From NCBI RefSeq assembly GCF_006345805.1, contig NC_042997.1, positions 204,600,001 through 204,664,000 of the forward strand: a DNA stretch of 64,000 nt. Reading direction: 5' to 3'. This document shows, piece after piece, positions 12,076 to 25,200 of this stretch. Both the position numbers and the translations under genes were made by a program. The DNA comes from Octopus sinensis. Lineage: Eukaryota. The notes below the pieces were generated by a model that was given only the letters and a program-made list of their open reading frames with translations, was not told the DNA's origin and searched no databases. The stretch's first letter is position 1. Every line of letters begins with the position of its first letter.

Positions 12076-14889
12076 ATGATTAAAGTGCTTACAACTGTTT
12101 CTGTTACATGAAGTAGTGCACTCAGAACAGTGCTTGTGCAACAGCTTCCTTGGAGCCACACACACACACACACATGCATGCCTGCACACACATCATCATC
12201 AGCATCTTCATCTAACATCCATTTCCCATGCTGGCAAGAGTTAGACGGTTTGACAGGATCCAGTGAGCCGTAGGGCTGTCAAGCTCCAATCTCAGCTTTG
12301 GCATGCTTTCTACGGCTGGATGCCCTTCGTAACATCAAAAATAATTTTCGTACCTATGTTCTTTTGATGAGTTATAAACGTGAAACCATGTGTGCCCAAT
12401 AATGAGGACTGTTTTGATTAGAAACTGTGTCCATGTCAAAATATATATATATTGTGATATTTCTCTGCATATTTAAATGTATATGTGCCCTCCCTTATTT
12501 GTATATGAGGGGTTATATATACATATGTAATATGTACATACACACACACATATATATATATATATGTGTATGTATGTATATATTTTTTACATATATGAAC
12601 CTGTATGTCAGCATCGAAGGTGGATGTTAAATGATGATGATGATATATATGTGCATGGGTGTATGTGTATGTATGTGTGTGTGTGTATACATATAAAGAG
12701 CTAGACAGATAGCTAGACATACCAATGGATGGACAAGAAGACAGATGGACAGGCAAATATAACTGTTTTAAAATTTTTCAATAATTGTGTTGTAAGAGAA
12801 AATTACTTTAATAAGTGACTAAAATAATTCACAATAGTAACAACAAACTAATTCACGTAGAAATTTTGGTAAACTTTAAGTGACTTACCTGTGAAATTAT
12901 AGAAGAAAGTGGAGGATGAATGGTTTGGAACTGTTAATAAGTAGAATGGTCCCCGGGTTATGAAAACTGTTATCTTGACATAGGAAGCTGACTCAGTCTC
13001 TTGGAGAGAAGACAGTGCTGGGAGGGTGGGTAAGAAGAGAGGAAGATAGATCGCCTCTGTGTATGTATATAAGAGAGAGTTAGGTATATAGGGGTGGAGT
13101 GGGGTGGAATGATGTTAAAGGATGTAGAGATAGTTAAATAGATGTGGGAGGAGATAGACAGTGTGTGTTATAGTTAGAAAAAAAAAGGGAGGGAAGAGAA
13201 AAAGATTACAATGCTAGTAGAGAGGTATGATGGCTGTATAAGATGTAAAAGGGAGTGAGAGGTAAAGATAAAAGGGAGTGATAAGGAAAGAGAGGGAGAA
13301 GAAAATGTAGAACTGAAAGTAGGAGAAGATAAAGGGAGGTGGTAAAGGGGATGAGAAAGTGTGGGGGGGAATAAAAGAAGAGAAAAAAAATGTGTTATAA
13401 ATGGAACTGTGTGTGTAGAAATTGTTGGGAGGTGGTGTTAGGTGTTGACGAAAGCAACTTACTATCAAATCTTGCAATATGCCAAAATCTAAACATCATC
13501 AACAGCAACAACAACAACAGCAGTAGTAGTAGTAGTAGTAGTACACGTTTCCATAACAACAAGAATTCAATTTGACAAAATTTCCAAAGTTTAATATTCC
13601 TCTCACTCCATGTTATTGGGAATATAATATTGGTCTAATGTTTTATAGAAGGCTGGACATTGTTGGGAAGTTGTGATATTCATGCTTTCCAGAAGAGCAT
13701 TTAAGCTGAAAGGGAGGTGTAAAGGAATCAACTGAAGGAAGCTTTAGACCTGCTAAAAAGAACTGCCAAATCTTTTTCAAATTACACCTAGCTAGCCAAA
13801 CAAGGAACCTCTATGTGGTTACTAGATTTGCTAGAGATGGGTGCCAAATCTCCCTTAAATCAAAATCTTCTGAGTCAACGAAAAAATTTTTATGTGGTCA
13901 ATTAATCTGCTAGAAATAATTGCCAAATCTCCCTCAAATCACATCCTACAGAGCCAGCCACTAAACAACCATGTAGAACAGCATCTAAGCCTCTTTTGAA
14001 TCATACCTTGTTATCTTAAAAACAATAGGAAGGAATGATACATTAGATAATGTAACCCAAGATACATCTAGGTTAAAACACAAATTCTGCAGATAATGAT
14101 GTGTGTATCGATAACAAATAATCTGTTGGAGGAGAATTGGTGGGGATGTTTGGAATAAGCTTAATGCTAGTAGGGAGTGAAGAATATAATATTTTGAGAC
14201 CTTAAACCCTTTGAATGAAAATGAAAAAGGGAGAGAAAGGCAGACCAGATAGCTAGCTAGATAGAGATAGAAAAGGAGGGAAGTTGAGAATGGGGGAAGA
14301 GAGAGACAGGGTAAGTGGTGCTATCACTTGGGTTGTAAGTTTAAATAAAGTGATGAAAGATCTAAAATGGGGGACTGATGTCTTGACAAATGTTGGGTAG
14401 AGGGGTCCTTTTATATTTTTCATTGTTATGGCCCAGAGGAAGGGACTATATTTATGGTCTTCATAAACTCTCAAAGACAGGTGAGGCTGATGCCATTAGC
14501 ACTCTGTTTGAACAGTTGCAAGTTGAATATTGCAGGAAAGACATATGAAAGGAGGAATTCCAGCAGAGAAAATGCTCTGAGGGGGAAGGATTGGGTGAAG
14601 TGGTTAATTCAAAGCTTAGGGTGGTGGACACAATATGGGTGATGAAAGGGGGGAGAGACTATGTTTAAGTGTGTTGAAAGTGTCTGTGTGGAGGTGGTAC
14701 GAGACTGATAAGTTCTGAAGAGCAGAAACCATTGTAGTAGTGGTAGAAAAAACAGAGGGAGGAGACAACATGTTTATGGACCACATGTTGGAGTGAGTGG
14801 CAAAGTGAATTCTTACCAATTAGTTGAGTGGTCACTTTTTTGATGTAATCTAGAATATGTGTGTGTGTGGGGGGGTATTTGAAGAGAAG

Positions 14890-15205
14890 GCACATGGCTT
14901 AGTGGTTTGGGTATTTGGCTTACAATTGTAAGGTCATGAGTTTGATTCCTGGTGGCACATTATGTCCTTGAGCAAGACACTTCATTTCACATTGCTCCAG
15001 TCCACCCAACTGGCAAAAATGAGTTGTACCTGTAATTTCAAAAGGGCCACCTTTGCCACACTTGATGTCATGCTGAATCACCCTGAGAGCTATGATATGG
15101 GTACATGTGTCTGTGGAGTGCTCAACCACTTGCACATTAATTTCATGAGTAGGCTGTTCCGTTGATCAATTCAACTAGAACATGCATCGTCACAACTGAC
15201 AAAGT
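14890..15205 (+). mobile_element. tRNA-headed SINE, family C
   Basis: Head GGCACATGGCTTAGTGG...GAGTTTGATTCCTGG followed by TGTCCTTGAGCAAGACACTT. Homologous to 1160-1690. Confidence 0.75.
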
Positions 15206-15558
15206 GCGCGCGCGTGTGTGTGTGTGTGTGTGTGCTTGTATGTGTGTGTGTGTGTGTGTGTAGCACAATCACTGTCCCAGAAGTGGGAGTGGTACTCTAC
15301 TGGAAGTCTCATCTGATCTTTGAAGAAGGTTAATAGTTGTTGAGGACTGAAGTATTATCTGGTTCTAAAGAGAAAGATCAGTCTTTGAGATGTGGAGAAG
15401 TGTATTTGTCTGGTGAGATCTAGTGAGGTCAAGTATTTGGAAGTGTGGTGAGGGTTCTAGCTGTATACTGTCATGTTGGAATGTGGATGGAGTGTGATGT
15501 TGTTCTCTTGGTATGTGAAGTGATTGGTGTCATTATTATCATTATTATTATCATTATA

Positions 15559-15591
<33 letters not shown>

Positions 15592-15594
15592 GAG

Positions 15595-15790
15595 GTGGTG
15601 AGTTGGCAGGTTCGTTAGCAATCTGGGAGAAATGCTTAGCAGCATTTCATCCGTCTTTACATTCTGAGTTCGAATTCCGCTAAGGTCAACTTTGTCTTTC
15701 ATCCTTATGGGTTCATAATAGTTGAGCACTGGAGTTGATGTAGTCGATTTACCCACTTCCCAGAATTGCTGGCCTTGTACCAAAATTTGA
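15595..15790 (+). mobile_element. SINE family B variant
   Basis: GAGTTGGCAGG...GAGTTCGAATTCCGCTAAGGTCAACTTTGTCTTTCATCC. Shares its 3' part with 46357-46545. Confidence 0.7.
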
Positions 15791-15829
15791 AACCATTATT
15801 ATCATTTTTAGTATTATTATTATTTAAGA

Positions 15830-16010
15830 CGTCGCACAGTATCCAATATCGTGATGTTGTCGCTTGAAGATATTGTGTCTTCTGGAGGTTTGCACTGTTT
15901 GTCAAGTCACAACAAGGACCTCACCCAGACGGTACTTTATGCAATATGTGTGCAGTTCCAAGTAATGCCAATTATTGCAATATACCTAGATTGTAGAGTG
16001 CTTCTAAAGT
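15830..16010 (-). mobile_element. R4/Dong-type LINE extreme 3' end
   Basis: Minus translation IALLGTAHILHKV, typical of the R4/Dong ORF end. Flanked by (AAT)n. Confidence 0.55.
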
Positions 16011-16018
16011 TTTCAGAT

Positions 16019-16560
16019 TATTATTATTATTATTATTATTTTTTTTTTTTTTTACTTTTAATCTGCATGTTTGTTACGGTCACTTGCCAAGACACACCCA
16101 GTTTCCTGGGGCAAGTAAAGGATAAGAGATGTTACAGTGTGACTGAAAGCTTGGGGAGGGGAAGTAGTGAAATATCTTCATGTAATACAACATAGACATT
16201 TAAATTTATATGGTTTTTCTAAGGATGTGGGCAGCACTTGTTAGTACAATCTTTTGGATTTCTCTGAGACATGGTTCTCCTGGGATCTTATCTAGATGTT
16301 TCTGTCATTCCTTTTTTTTATCATATCTAGAGCACCTACAATAAGAGGAACAGTTCTCGTTTTCAGATGCCACATCTTTTGTATTTCAATTTCCAGGTCT
16401 TTATATTTACTTAGTTTGTCAAATTCCTTTACAGATATATTTTTGTCAGTGGGAACACTTACGTCTATTAGTGCACAAGTATTTTCTTGCCTGCCTTTAA
16501 TAATTATATCTGGTCTATTTGCATGGATTATTCTGTCAGTGATGACTGGAAAATCCCATT
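16019..16560 (-). mobile_element. R4/Dong-type LINE 3' fragment (restriction-like endonuclease)
   Basis: Minus: WDFPVITDRIIHANRPDIIIK...CALIDVSVPTDKNISVKEFDKLSKYKDLEIEIQKMW...PLIVGAL, a frameshift, then IQKIVLTSAAHILRK*. Poly(A)+(AAT)n tail at 16019-16045. Confidence 0.9.
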
Positions 16561-16744
16561 ATTAGTTACTATTATTATTATTATTCATGGTATGTGTGAA
16601 TGTTTTACATTAAAAATCAATGTCCTTGATACCGTATCACAACCAGTTTCCTTAGATATTGTGGACCTTTCTTACAATCCTTATTCCCCAAAAGAGCAGA
16701 TCTCAGAATTAATGCAACTCTCATAGTTTCACGTGTAAAAAGAT

Positions 16745-16975
16745 TTGAGCAAGGTCATTGGCAGTACCGCCTGACTTGCCCCCGTGCCGGTGGCACGTAA
16801 AAAGCACCCACTACACTCTCGGAGTGGTTGGCGTTAGGAAGGACATCCAGCTGTAGAAACTCTGCCAGATCAAGATTGGAGCCTGGTGCAGCCATCTGGT
16901 TCGCCAGCCCTCAGTTAAAATCGTCCAACCCATGCTAGCATGGAATGCAGACGTTAAATGATGATGATGATGAAT
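16745..16975 (+). mobile_element. RTE LINE 3' end
   Basis: Family core and (GAT)n tail. Confidence 0.8.
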
Positions 16976-17045
16976 TCTGACAGTGACAGTGCCTAGAGCA
17001 CCTATAACATCTGAGATTACTTTTGTAGAAACCCTCCACAATCTT
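16976..17045 (-). mobile_element. Small R4/Dong RLE fragment
   Basis: Minus translation LWRVSTKVISDVIGALGTVT. Confidence 0.5.
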
Positions 17046-17164
17046 TGTTATTATTATTAATATATTTTTTTCAACATTTCATTATATGCAAACCGCCACA
17101 CTAATAAATATCTGTCTTTGTATTGTCCCCCTCATCTGTCGCCCTTGTGGCAAATAAATGAAAT

Positions 17165-17170
17165 CATTAC

Positions 17171-17211
<41 letters not shown>

Positions 17212-17222
17212 TTGGCTTTTGC

Positions 17223-17266
<44 letters not shown>

Positions 17267-17277
17267 TTGGCTTTTGC

Positions 17278-17320
<43 letters not shown>
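17165..17320. repeat. (TAT)n microsatellite with a duplicated ATATTTGGCTTTTGCTTT interruption
   Basis: Read directly. Confidence 0.95.
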
Positions 17321-17399
17321 TGCTGTTGAAGAAGACATGACTGGCATGATGCCAGAGTCAATACAGACACGACACAGTGTGTCTAGTTTAAACATGGAT

Positions 17400-19260
17400 G
17401 ATGCTTAGGTGCGGAACGGAAGTTTAGAATGGAATGAAGGTTGGCACCATCTGTGTTGTCGTGAGTGTTGTGGGAGGTGATGGCAATTTAGTCATTGGTA
17501 TATAGGAGTAAGAGTGTGATGACAAAACCTGAAGTACAGGGCACAGCAGAGTCGATAAAGTGTTGGGGAGAGAGAGAGAGAAGAGAAAAAAGGAGAAAGA
17601 TTGAGAGAGGATAAGTGAGAAGGAGAATGAGAGAGAGGGAGAGAACAAGAGAAAGAGTTCCTTAGTACACACACTGTGATGGTGTGATGGACATTATCAG
17701 AGATGGTAGTATTGGTGGTTTGTAGCGACTGAAGATACTTTCTCTCTTGGCGTGAAAGTGAGCATAGTGATGAGTGACATGGAATGGAAAGTGAGAGTTT
17801 TGGTGGATATGTTCTTGGTGAATGCCTTGTGGAACTGGATGCAAAGCAGGTAGCATGTATGGCGGCTTCCTCAGGAGCACTGATCACAGAGCCATCACCA
17901 TGATGGAAAACATATTTTCCATGCTGGCCTGCGTTGGATAGTTTGACAGGAGATGGCAAACTTGAGAGCTGCACTGGGTGCCATTATTTGTCTGTTTTGG
18001 TATGACTTTCATGGCTGGAAGAAGCCCTTTCTAAAGTCAACCACTTTGCAGAGTGTGCTGGGTGCTTTTTACATGGCACCAGCACCAGCAGGGTTGCTAA
18101 GTAGCTTGCAAGACAAAGACCTCTCAGTTGAGAGAGGGAGTGGAACCAAAAGAAATAGCTGTGTGGCAAGCAAGAGATTAAAGTCTGATAGAGGGACAGA
18201 GATACTTGTCTTACAATAGAGGAGACACTTGGCTACTTCAGGAAGGAGAAGAAAGTGGGAGAGACTTAGGGAGAAAGATAGAGACAGTCAGAGAGAGAGA
18301 GAGAGGGGAGATGGAGAGAGAGGGAGAGAGAGAAAGAGAGAGAGAGAGATATAGAGAAATAGATGGTGTTGGAAATGTACTGGCGTCTACACAAGGAGTC
18401 TACCCACGGAGAACTGTGGGGGTGGAGTATAAGTAGTACAAAGGGGATAGAAAGGGATGTTCCATAAGAGTGTGAGGGAATATGTTTAGAGAGCTTGAGG
18501 AATGTGTCCCCACCTCTCTGCCAACACTTCAGATGGTTCAAATGCTGGTCTTCTATGAGTTGCAGTACCAGGAAAAAGAAACCAAACTTGTAGGGTGGGT
18601 GGTTTTCTCCACAAGTTGTATGTTCTATCTTTTTTCACTTATTTGAACTTTTGTGGCTTAGTAACTTGTAAAATACTTAGTGGTGGTGTTGGGACTTAGT
18701 GCAGTGATTTTTTTTTGGGGGGGGGGGTATAGAGGAGTACAGTGAAGTATATGTATTATCAAGAGTAGTTGGTGTAGAACTAGCAGAGCTCCTACTAATC
18801 TCCTGACTTGATGTGCCATAACAACTGGTGGGTATAGAACCTTGAATAGAATGTGGACATGTGGTTGGTAATGGTGATAAGGTTGTGGTTGATCAAGTCA
18901 ATAGATACTGGAATGGTTATAGTTTGGTGGAGGTGAGAAAGAGATCAATGTCGTTTGGTGTCTGACATTTAGGGATGTATGTCAGGGATGAAAGTAAATA
19001 TTTTAAAGAAATAAGGATTTCAAAGGATTCAGTTTCTATACTGACAGTTATCAGCAGGGAATGAGTGGGAGAGCAAAGAAGAGTTATGAACTGTAAAGTC
19101 TATGGCTCTGGTGAAAACTGAAGTGAGACGTCGAGGTGGAAGAGTAAATTCTACATATGCAGTGAAATCTCTTCTAAGAGTGAAGTCCATGTGTAATCTG
19201 GACAGCAGAGATGGCCTATGTGTAAGGTTCATGAGATTTGTCTTGGAGAGGAATACCATG
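17400..19260 (-). mobile_element. Highly degraded Penelope-like RT-region fragments
   Basis: GA-rich plus strand. Weak minus-strand traces (RTYPPKLSLSIPCHSSL, SIPF) resemble PLE post-RT segments, with many disablements. Confidence 0.4.
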
Positions 19261-21639
19261 TGTTGATTGTATGTTAGTAAGAATTGCTGTTTGAGGGCAA
19301 GGTTGGACTGGAGTCAATGGATGTTAGAGAACAGGAGGAAGAATTATGTAGCAGTTTTAGAATTAGTTTTTGGCATCTATGGAAATGTAGAGGATGTCTA
19401 TATTATGAAGTAAGGATGATATTTATATGGAGCTGGGTGTGAATGCTTGCAAAAGAGCAAGCACTGGTGAGCCAGAAGATGGTGTTGAACTAAGTGGTGT
19501 GATGCACCAGGGCTAAAGCAGTTTTTATCATAAGTCTGAGAGATCAAACCTAACTTGGGGCTAAATAACAAAAAACAACAACAACAACATTCTTGTAGTT
19601 TTTTTTTTATGATTTAGTCATAGGAAAGATGGTACTGCCCTTGATCTATTGCAGTGTTTCTGAAGATGGTGGTGGGCAAAGAGAGGGAGAAAAGCCCAAC
19701 TCAAGCTTATTCTCAGTCAAGGAACCTGGTTCAAATGCTCACAACTCTTTCTCTGTAGACATTGATATGACACTAAATTTCTCACTCAAATACAAAAATG
19801 CATAATTTACTCATGTTTCATCATTTCCAAGGGAATTTTTTTCATCCCTGGTTCACCATCCAATCTCTCGTCCTTCCTCAGCCATGATAACCTCCTCCCC
19901 TCCCCCACCTTCAGTAACTGTTCACTTGACAGCCTGCCATCTCATAGCACAACACTTCCCACTAACCGTCAATTGTCTCCTATTGTGAGATCTATTCCTT
20001 AACTGTTCACTTGATTGATAAATCTCTCAGAATCTTTACTTTCAAAATTACCATTTTTTTTTACATATAAACCTCCCAGAGTATCTCTCCTATTTCTCAT
20101 TACTTTGATCTCACTTTTGAGTTATAAATTGTGTACATAATATTTCAATCCACCCACCTACCTACCTACCTACCTACCTACCTACCTACCTACCTACCTA
20201 ACTACCCACCCACTCACCTATGTACATACGTACCTACCTACCTACCCACCCACCCACCTACCAACCTGCATCTATAAATTACTACATAACTATATGTGTA
20301 ATCACTCAACCTTTTAGAAATAGTAGCCAAATTTTCACCAAATTATATCCTACCATCTTAAAAATAAAAACACAAGCATTTTTACAGTGAGTCTTTCACT
20401 TGTGGTTGTATTTGCAACAGTTTATTATTCCTATTATTGTTGTCGTTTTGGTGGGTGAGAACATCCCTCATGATGGTGCAGATGGAACTGGATTATTACC
20501 AAATTTTCTTTTTGATATATTTTACAAACAGAGAATTTCAATACATTAAGATGTTTAACCCAGTACCTGGGATAGATAGATTTGTCTTTCAAACAACATC
20601 CTATTTTAATTTCTTGTTTTCCTCAATGAGAAAAGCAGTGAGTTGTTTGTTAACAAGGAAGGAAACCTTCGAACAAATAGATACAAAATCTAAAGAAGAT
20701 AAACAAAATAAAAATTTTAAAAAAAACAGGATAAAAAATATGGTGATAAAACAAAGATACACCTGAAAAAATAAAGTCAAAATTTCATATCTCAAAGCAA
20801 ATTTGTTTGACATAAAAGTGATAACAGCAACACCCACACCACATATACACACATATTTGTTGGCAAACAGAAAATAAAGACAACGTTGGAGCTCATACAT
20901 AGACATTGGCATCAAGTGAGAAATACAGACATGAAGACAACAGTTTTACCCAAATCATTGGCAACAATTTCTAAGCATGATCAGATCACAGTCCTAAATA
21001 GAGCTGGAGAAAAATCCTATTTGAAAGGACTCAATAGAATTTATTTAGGAATGGGCAATGAGAAAACTGATCTGCTTTGTCACTTGAAGGCAGGTGGGGT
21101 CTTTATGTCTGCCTTTATACAGCCAGTGAAGGGAAATTCTGACAGATGTAAAGGTAATCATTGAGTACACAGAGTGGGTTAAAGCTTATGATATTATTTT
21201 TCTGACCACCAAGACAAAGGGAAAGGTGCAGAGATAGCCAGGTCTTATGCATAAACCTCTCTAAATGAGCTTGAGCCCCAGTAATATAAAGGTAACAGTT
21301 GGAAATCTAGACCCCTGGTTAATTGTTGTCTTTGAAGAGCAATAAAGGTAAGTGAAAGGTGCATAAGAAACAAGGAGCAATATATAGTTGGGAGAGATTG
21401 TAATGGATTTGTAGGTCTTTATTGATCTTCAATACTGCAGTGCTTTACTAGAGCTGTGCTCAGTTGATGGAGCAGATGGAGGGCATAAGATGGTACAGAA
21501 ATAAAAATCAGTTTTTAGAGCTGTGATAACAAGAGCCATGTAAGGGCTGTTGTTACCAATGAAGGGCTGGTGGAGCAGAGAAAAAGGCAAGGCAGTAGGA
21601 GAAGCAGAAGATTCTAATTTCTAGAGCATAGTTGGTTAC

Positions 21640-22445
21640 AAATCTGGTTGCAGCCCTTGCACAGCCTCTTCATCCTATGATGAGCAGAACATATTGGACT
21701 TGTGACCACCACATCACATCACACTTTGAAAGTTATGCATTTGCAATCCAAGAACAGGAGATTGCTACTAAATACCAAATCAACAAAAGAGACAGCGAAG
21801 GCCTTGGAGTTTCAAGATGCAACTGTAAATGTAGTTTGTGTCATACTTCTGTGGAAGACATCACACATATGACTAGCAGCTGTCCAAAAATGTCATCAAA
21901 GTACTACCTCCCTATGTGACATGACGTTTTGTGAAACCATATACAATGTCACACTATCAGACATCCCCTACTCCCTACTCCTGGCATAGGTGCCAGGAGT
22001 GAGTGGAGACTGTCCTGAAATAAATATAGAGAATCCCCCTGTTATATAATATGTACAAAAATACCAGCACAAGAAATACTGGTGGAACATTGCCATCAAA
22101 AAATCTGTGAAGTGTAAGCCTAACAGGCCAGATATTGTTGTTTGGAACAGACAAGAAAAAGTATGTACCACCATTGAGATCAGTTGTCCTACTGATATGA
22201 ATAACTCTTTGAAAATCAAAGAGAAAGAATAACTATGGACAACTGTTTCAAAACCTCCAGCTTCTATATTTGGATTACAAATTTATATTTATACCATAAT
22301 AATTGAAACACTTGGTTTCATAGGTAAATACCTAATTGCCACTCTAGATAAACTTGGATTTTCAGAAAAAGAAATCAAACAGCTGATTTGCACATTACAA
22401 ATACAATCTATAAGTGGAACATTAAAACTATGCAAGACTTTGACA
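21640..22445 (+). mobile_element. R4/Dong-type LINE C-terminal fragment (CCHC + RLE)
   Basis: AFAIQEQEIATKY, CSLCHTSVEDITHMTSSCP (CCHC), KPNRPDIVVWNRQEKVCTTIEISCP (PD-(D/E)xK-type motif), FIPIIIETLG. Stops and frameshifts present. Confidence 0.85.
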
Positions 22446-22458
22446 TTGTTTTAGTTAG

Positions 22459-22690
22459 GTGGCGAGCTGGCAGAAACGTTAGCATGCTGGGCGAAATGTG
22501 TAGCCATATTTCGTCTGTCATTACGTTCCGAGTTCAAATTCCGCTGAGGTCGACTTTGCCTTTCATCCTTTCGGGGTCGATAAATTAAGTACCAGTTATG
22601 CACTGGGGTCGATGTAATCGACTTAATCCGTTTGTCTGTCCCTGTTTGTCCCCTCTGTGTTTAGCCCCTTGTGAGTAGTAAAGAAATATA
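22459..22690 (+). mobile_element. SINE family B, full length
   Basis: GGCGAGCTGGCAGAAACGTTAGC...GAGGTCGACTTTGCCTTTCATCCTTTCGGGGTCGATAAA...GTAGTAAAGAAATA. Confidence 0.85.
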
Positions 22691-22789
22691 TATACAAAGA
22701 TGGCACTTTGTATCTTTGTTAGAAAGCAGCTCCTTCTTCAGAGGAAGAATTTAAATAATTAAAAACAGAAGAGAGAGAGAAACATACAT

Positions 22790-23110
22790 CATCATCATCA
22801 TTGTTGTCATCATCATTGTTGTCATCATCATTCAACATCTGTTTTCCATGCTGGCATGGGCTAGACAGTTTGACTGGAACTGGTAAGCTGGAGAGCTGCA
22901 CCAGATTCCAATTTGATTTAGCATGGTCTCTACAGCTGGATGCCCTTCCTAATGCCAACCACTCCAAAAGTGTAATGGATGCTTTTTACATGCCACCGGT
23001 ATGGGTGCCAGTTATGTGACACCGGCATCAGCCATGACTATGGTTTCACTTGGCTTGATGGGTCATCTCAGGCATGGCATATCGCCAAATGCCTCAGTCA
23101 CTTGTCATTG
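22790..23110 (-). mobile_element. RTE LINE 3' end
   Basis: (CAT)n tail and family core. Confidence 0.7.
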
Positions 23111-24152
23111 CTTACATACATATCTTGGTATGTTTGCATGCATGCTGACGACCGCTCTGTTCAAAGTCTCTCTTGACCAGAAATGGCCTGAACTCTTTGT
23201 ATGACTACCCTCCCTGTACATAACTCCCTGTCCTCCTACATGGCCTTGCTTTTGCTTTTTGAGCCAATAAAAATTGAATTGAATTGAATTAAATGCAGGT
23301 TAGCTTGCTTAATATAGTTTGCTGAAAATGTTTACAAAGCAGTCAAAACTAAATCTGTAATTGTAAGAAAGGTTATTAATATTAATGAAAATTACCTGTA
23401 GAAAGAGTAAGAGGGAGAACTTAATTGACCCAGAAATTAAACAGAGAGATGCAGAGTGTGGGGTACATGTATGTCACATTCTTCCAGCTTCAGTTTGTTA
23501 ATAATTCTGCACTCTTAATGCCCAAAATAATTTCAGGTTTCTATTGACCCTTGCATGGCCACTTAAACTACCTCAGCAGTCAATATTGATTACATTGCCA
23601 CACCCTGGTCTAGAACACATTTCAGAAAGGTTGAGTTTGGTTTAAGAAAGACAGGTTTGTGTCTTCCATCATAATTAACAAAGAGTAACTAAGAAGGAAG
23701 GGGCAATAACAGACTACAAAGTTAACACTGTCTATTACTCAATGAAATATGATTAAGACACAAATCATTTGTACTTGGCTGACATCACTCTAGATTTAAA
23801 ATAGATACAACAAAATCATTTGCGTAATTTGTTTTAGTGCCTTAGAAAACATTTGTTGGCGATATCCTTACTGTAACCATATTTTATGGGAGGATATTTA
23901 TAGTGTTACACTAAAATAGAAGACAAGACTGCAGTGTCCGAGAATCAATGCTGCTTCTGTTTTGTGGCAGGGATGATATCAGAGATGCTTAGTATTGAGG
24001 AAAACAGGTTTCATTTTAGAATAAAATATGACGTAAGTTTCTAGAGTTATCAGGCACCTGAACCATACAAAAGTTATATTAATTGACTCACCTGCCATTT
24101 ACTTACTTTGCATATATATTGTGTCTGTGTGTGTGTGGGTGTGGGTGTATAT

Positions 24153-24199
<47 letters not shown>

Positions 24200-24231
24200 T
24201 ATATATATGTGTATTTGTGTATCTTTATCTT

Positions 24232-24317
<86 letters not shown>

Positions 24318-24794
24318 GGACAACGGAAATTAAATGATGTGGATGGTGATGATGTATGCGTACGTATAGAGTACACACACACACATACACATATATGGAA
24401 ATAATTGGCTGCTATTCAACATGTTAGTTATTCTCCAGAGTTTTCTTGTACTTTTCACACCAAAACATTTGGACCAGAAGATTGAAGATTTTAGAATTAG
24501 TAAATAATAATAATGATGATGATGATGATACCACCACCACCACCACCACCACCACCACCAACAGCAACACTAGAAGTGGCAGCAGCAACAACAACAGCAA
24601 CAACAATAATAAAAATGATTTCTTCATCAACCACAAAGGATTTATATAAAGGAAAGCATTAAGGACTGTAAAGGACAAAACATTGAGTGTACTGTTGTGT
24701 GTGCTTGTCTGTGATGGTGTGATGGTTTTGTGTGTAAACAGGTTTAATAAAAAAGAAAAAAGAAGGAGGTAATATTAAATTATAATAATGAGTA

Positions 24795-25200
24795 TAGGCG
24801 CAGGAGTGGCTGTGTGGTAAGTAGCTTACTAACCAACCACATGGCTCCGGGTTCAGTCCCACTGCGTGGCATCTTGGGCAAGTGTCTTCTGTTATAGCCT
24901 CAGGCCAACCAAAGCCTTGTGAGTGGATTTGGTAGACGGGAACTGAAAGAAGCCTGTCGTATATATGTATATATATATGTATGTGTGTGTGTATGTTTGT
25001 GTGTCTGTGTTTGTCCCTCTAGCATTGCTTGACAACCGATGCTGGTGTGTTTACGCCCCTGTCACCTAGCAGTTCGGCAAAAGAGACCGATAGAATAAGT
25101 ACTGGGCTTACAAAGAATAAGTCCCAGGGTAGATTTGCTCGACTAAGGGCGGTGCTCCAGCATGGCCGCAGTCAAATGACTGAAACGAGTAAAAGAGTAT
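24795..25200 (+). mobile_element. SINE family A, full length
   Basis: Near-identical to 2658-3070, including the 3' stem-loop CAGTC-AAAT-GACTG. Confidence 0.9.

Noticed and set aside
11251-12218. Long ORFs (312 aa, 140 aa) rich in H/T/Y/I or C/V/M/Y
   Set aside because: They are translations of (ATGT)n/(GT)n microsatellite. The same applies to the ORFs at 33081-33778, 58932-59970, 61151-61643 and 63515-63989.
20560-20780. Strong minus-strand acceptor (TTTATTTTTTTCAG|GTG near 20762) with a possible donor near 20565
   Set aside because: The intervening sequence is T-rich with no recognisable coding frame. A non-coding exon cannot be supported without RNA data.
20930-21600. Possible additional degraded LINE RT
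   Set aside because: Only vague motif traces. Neither clade nor boundaries could be supported.
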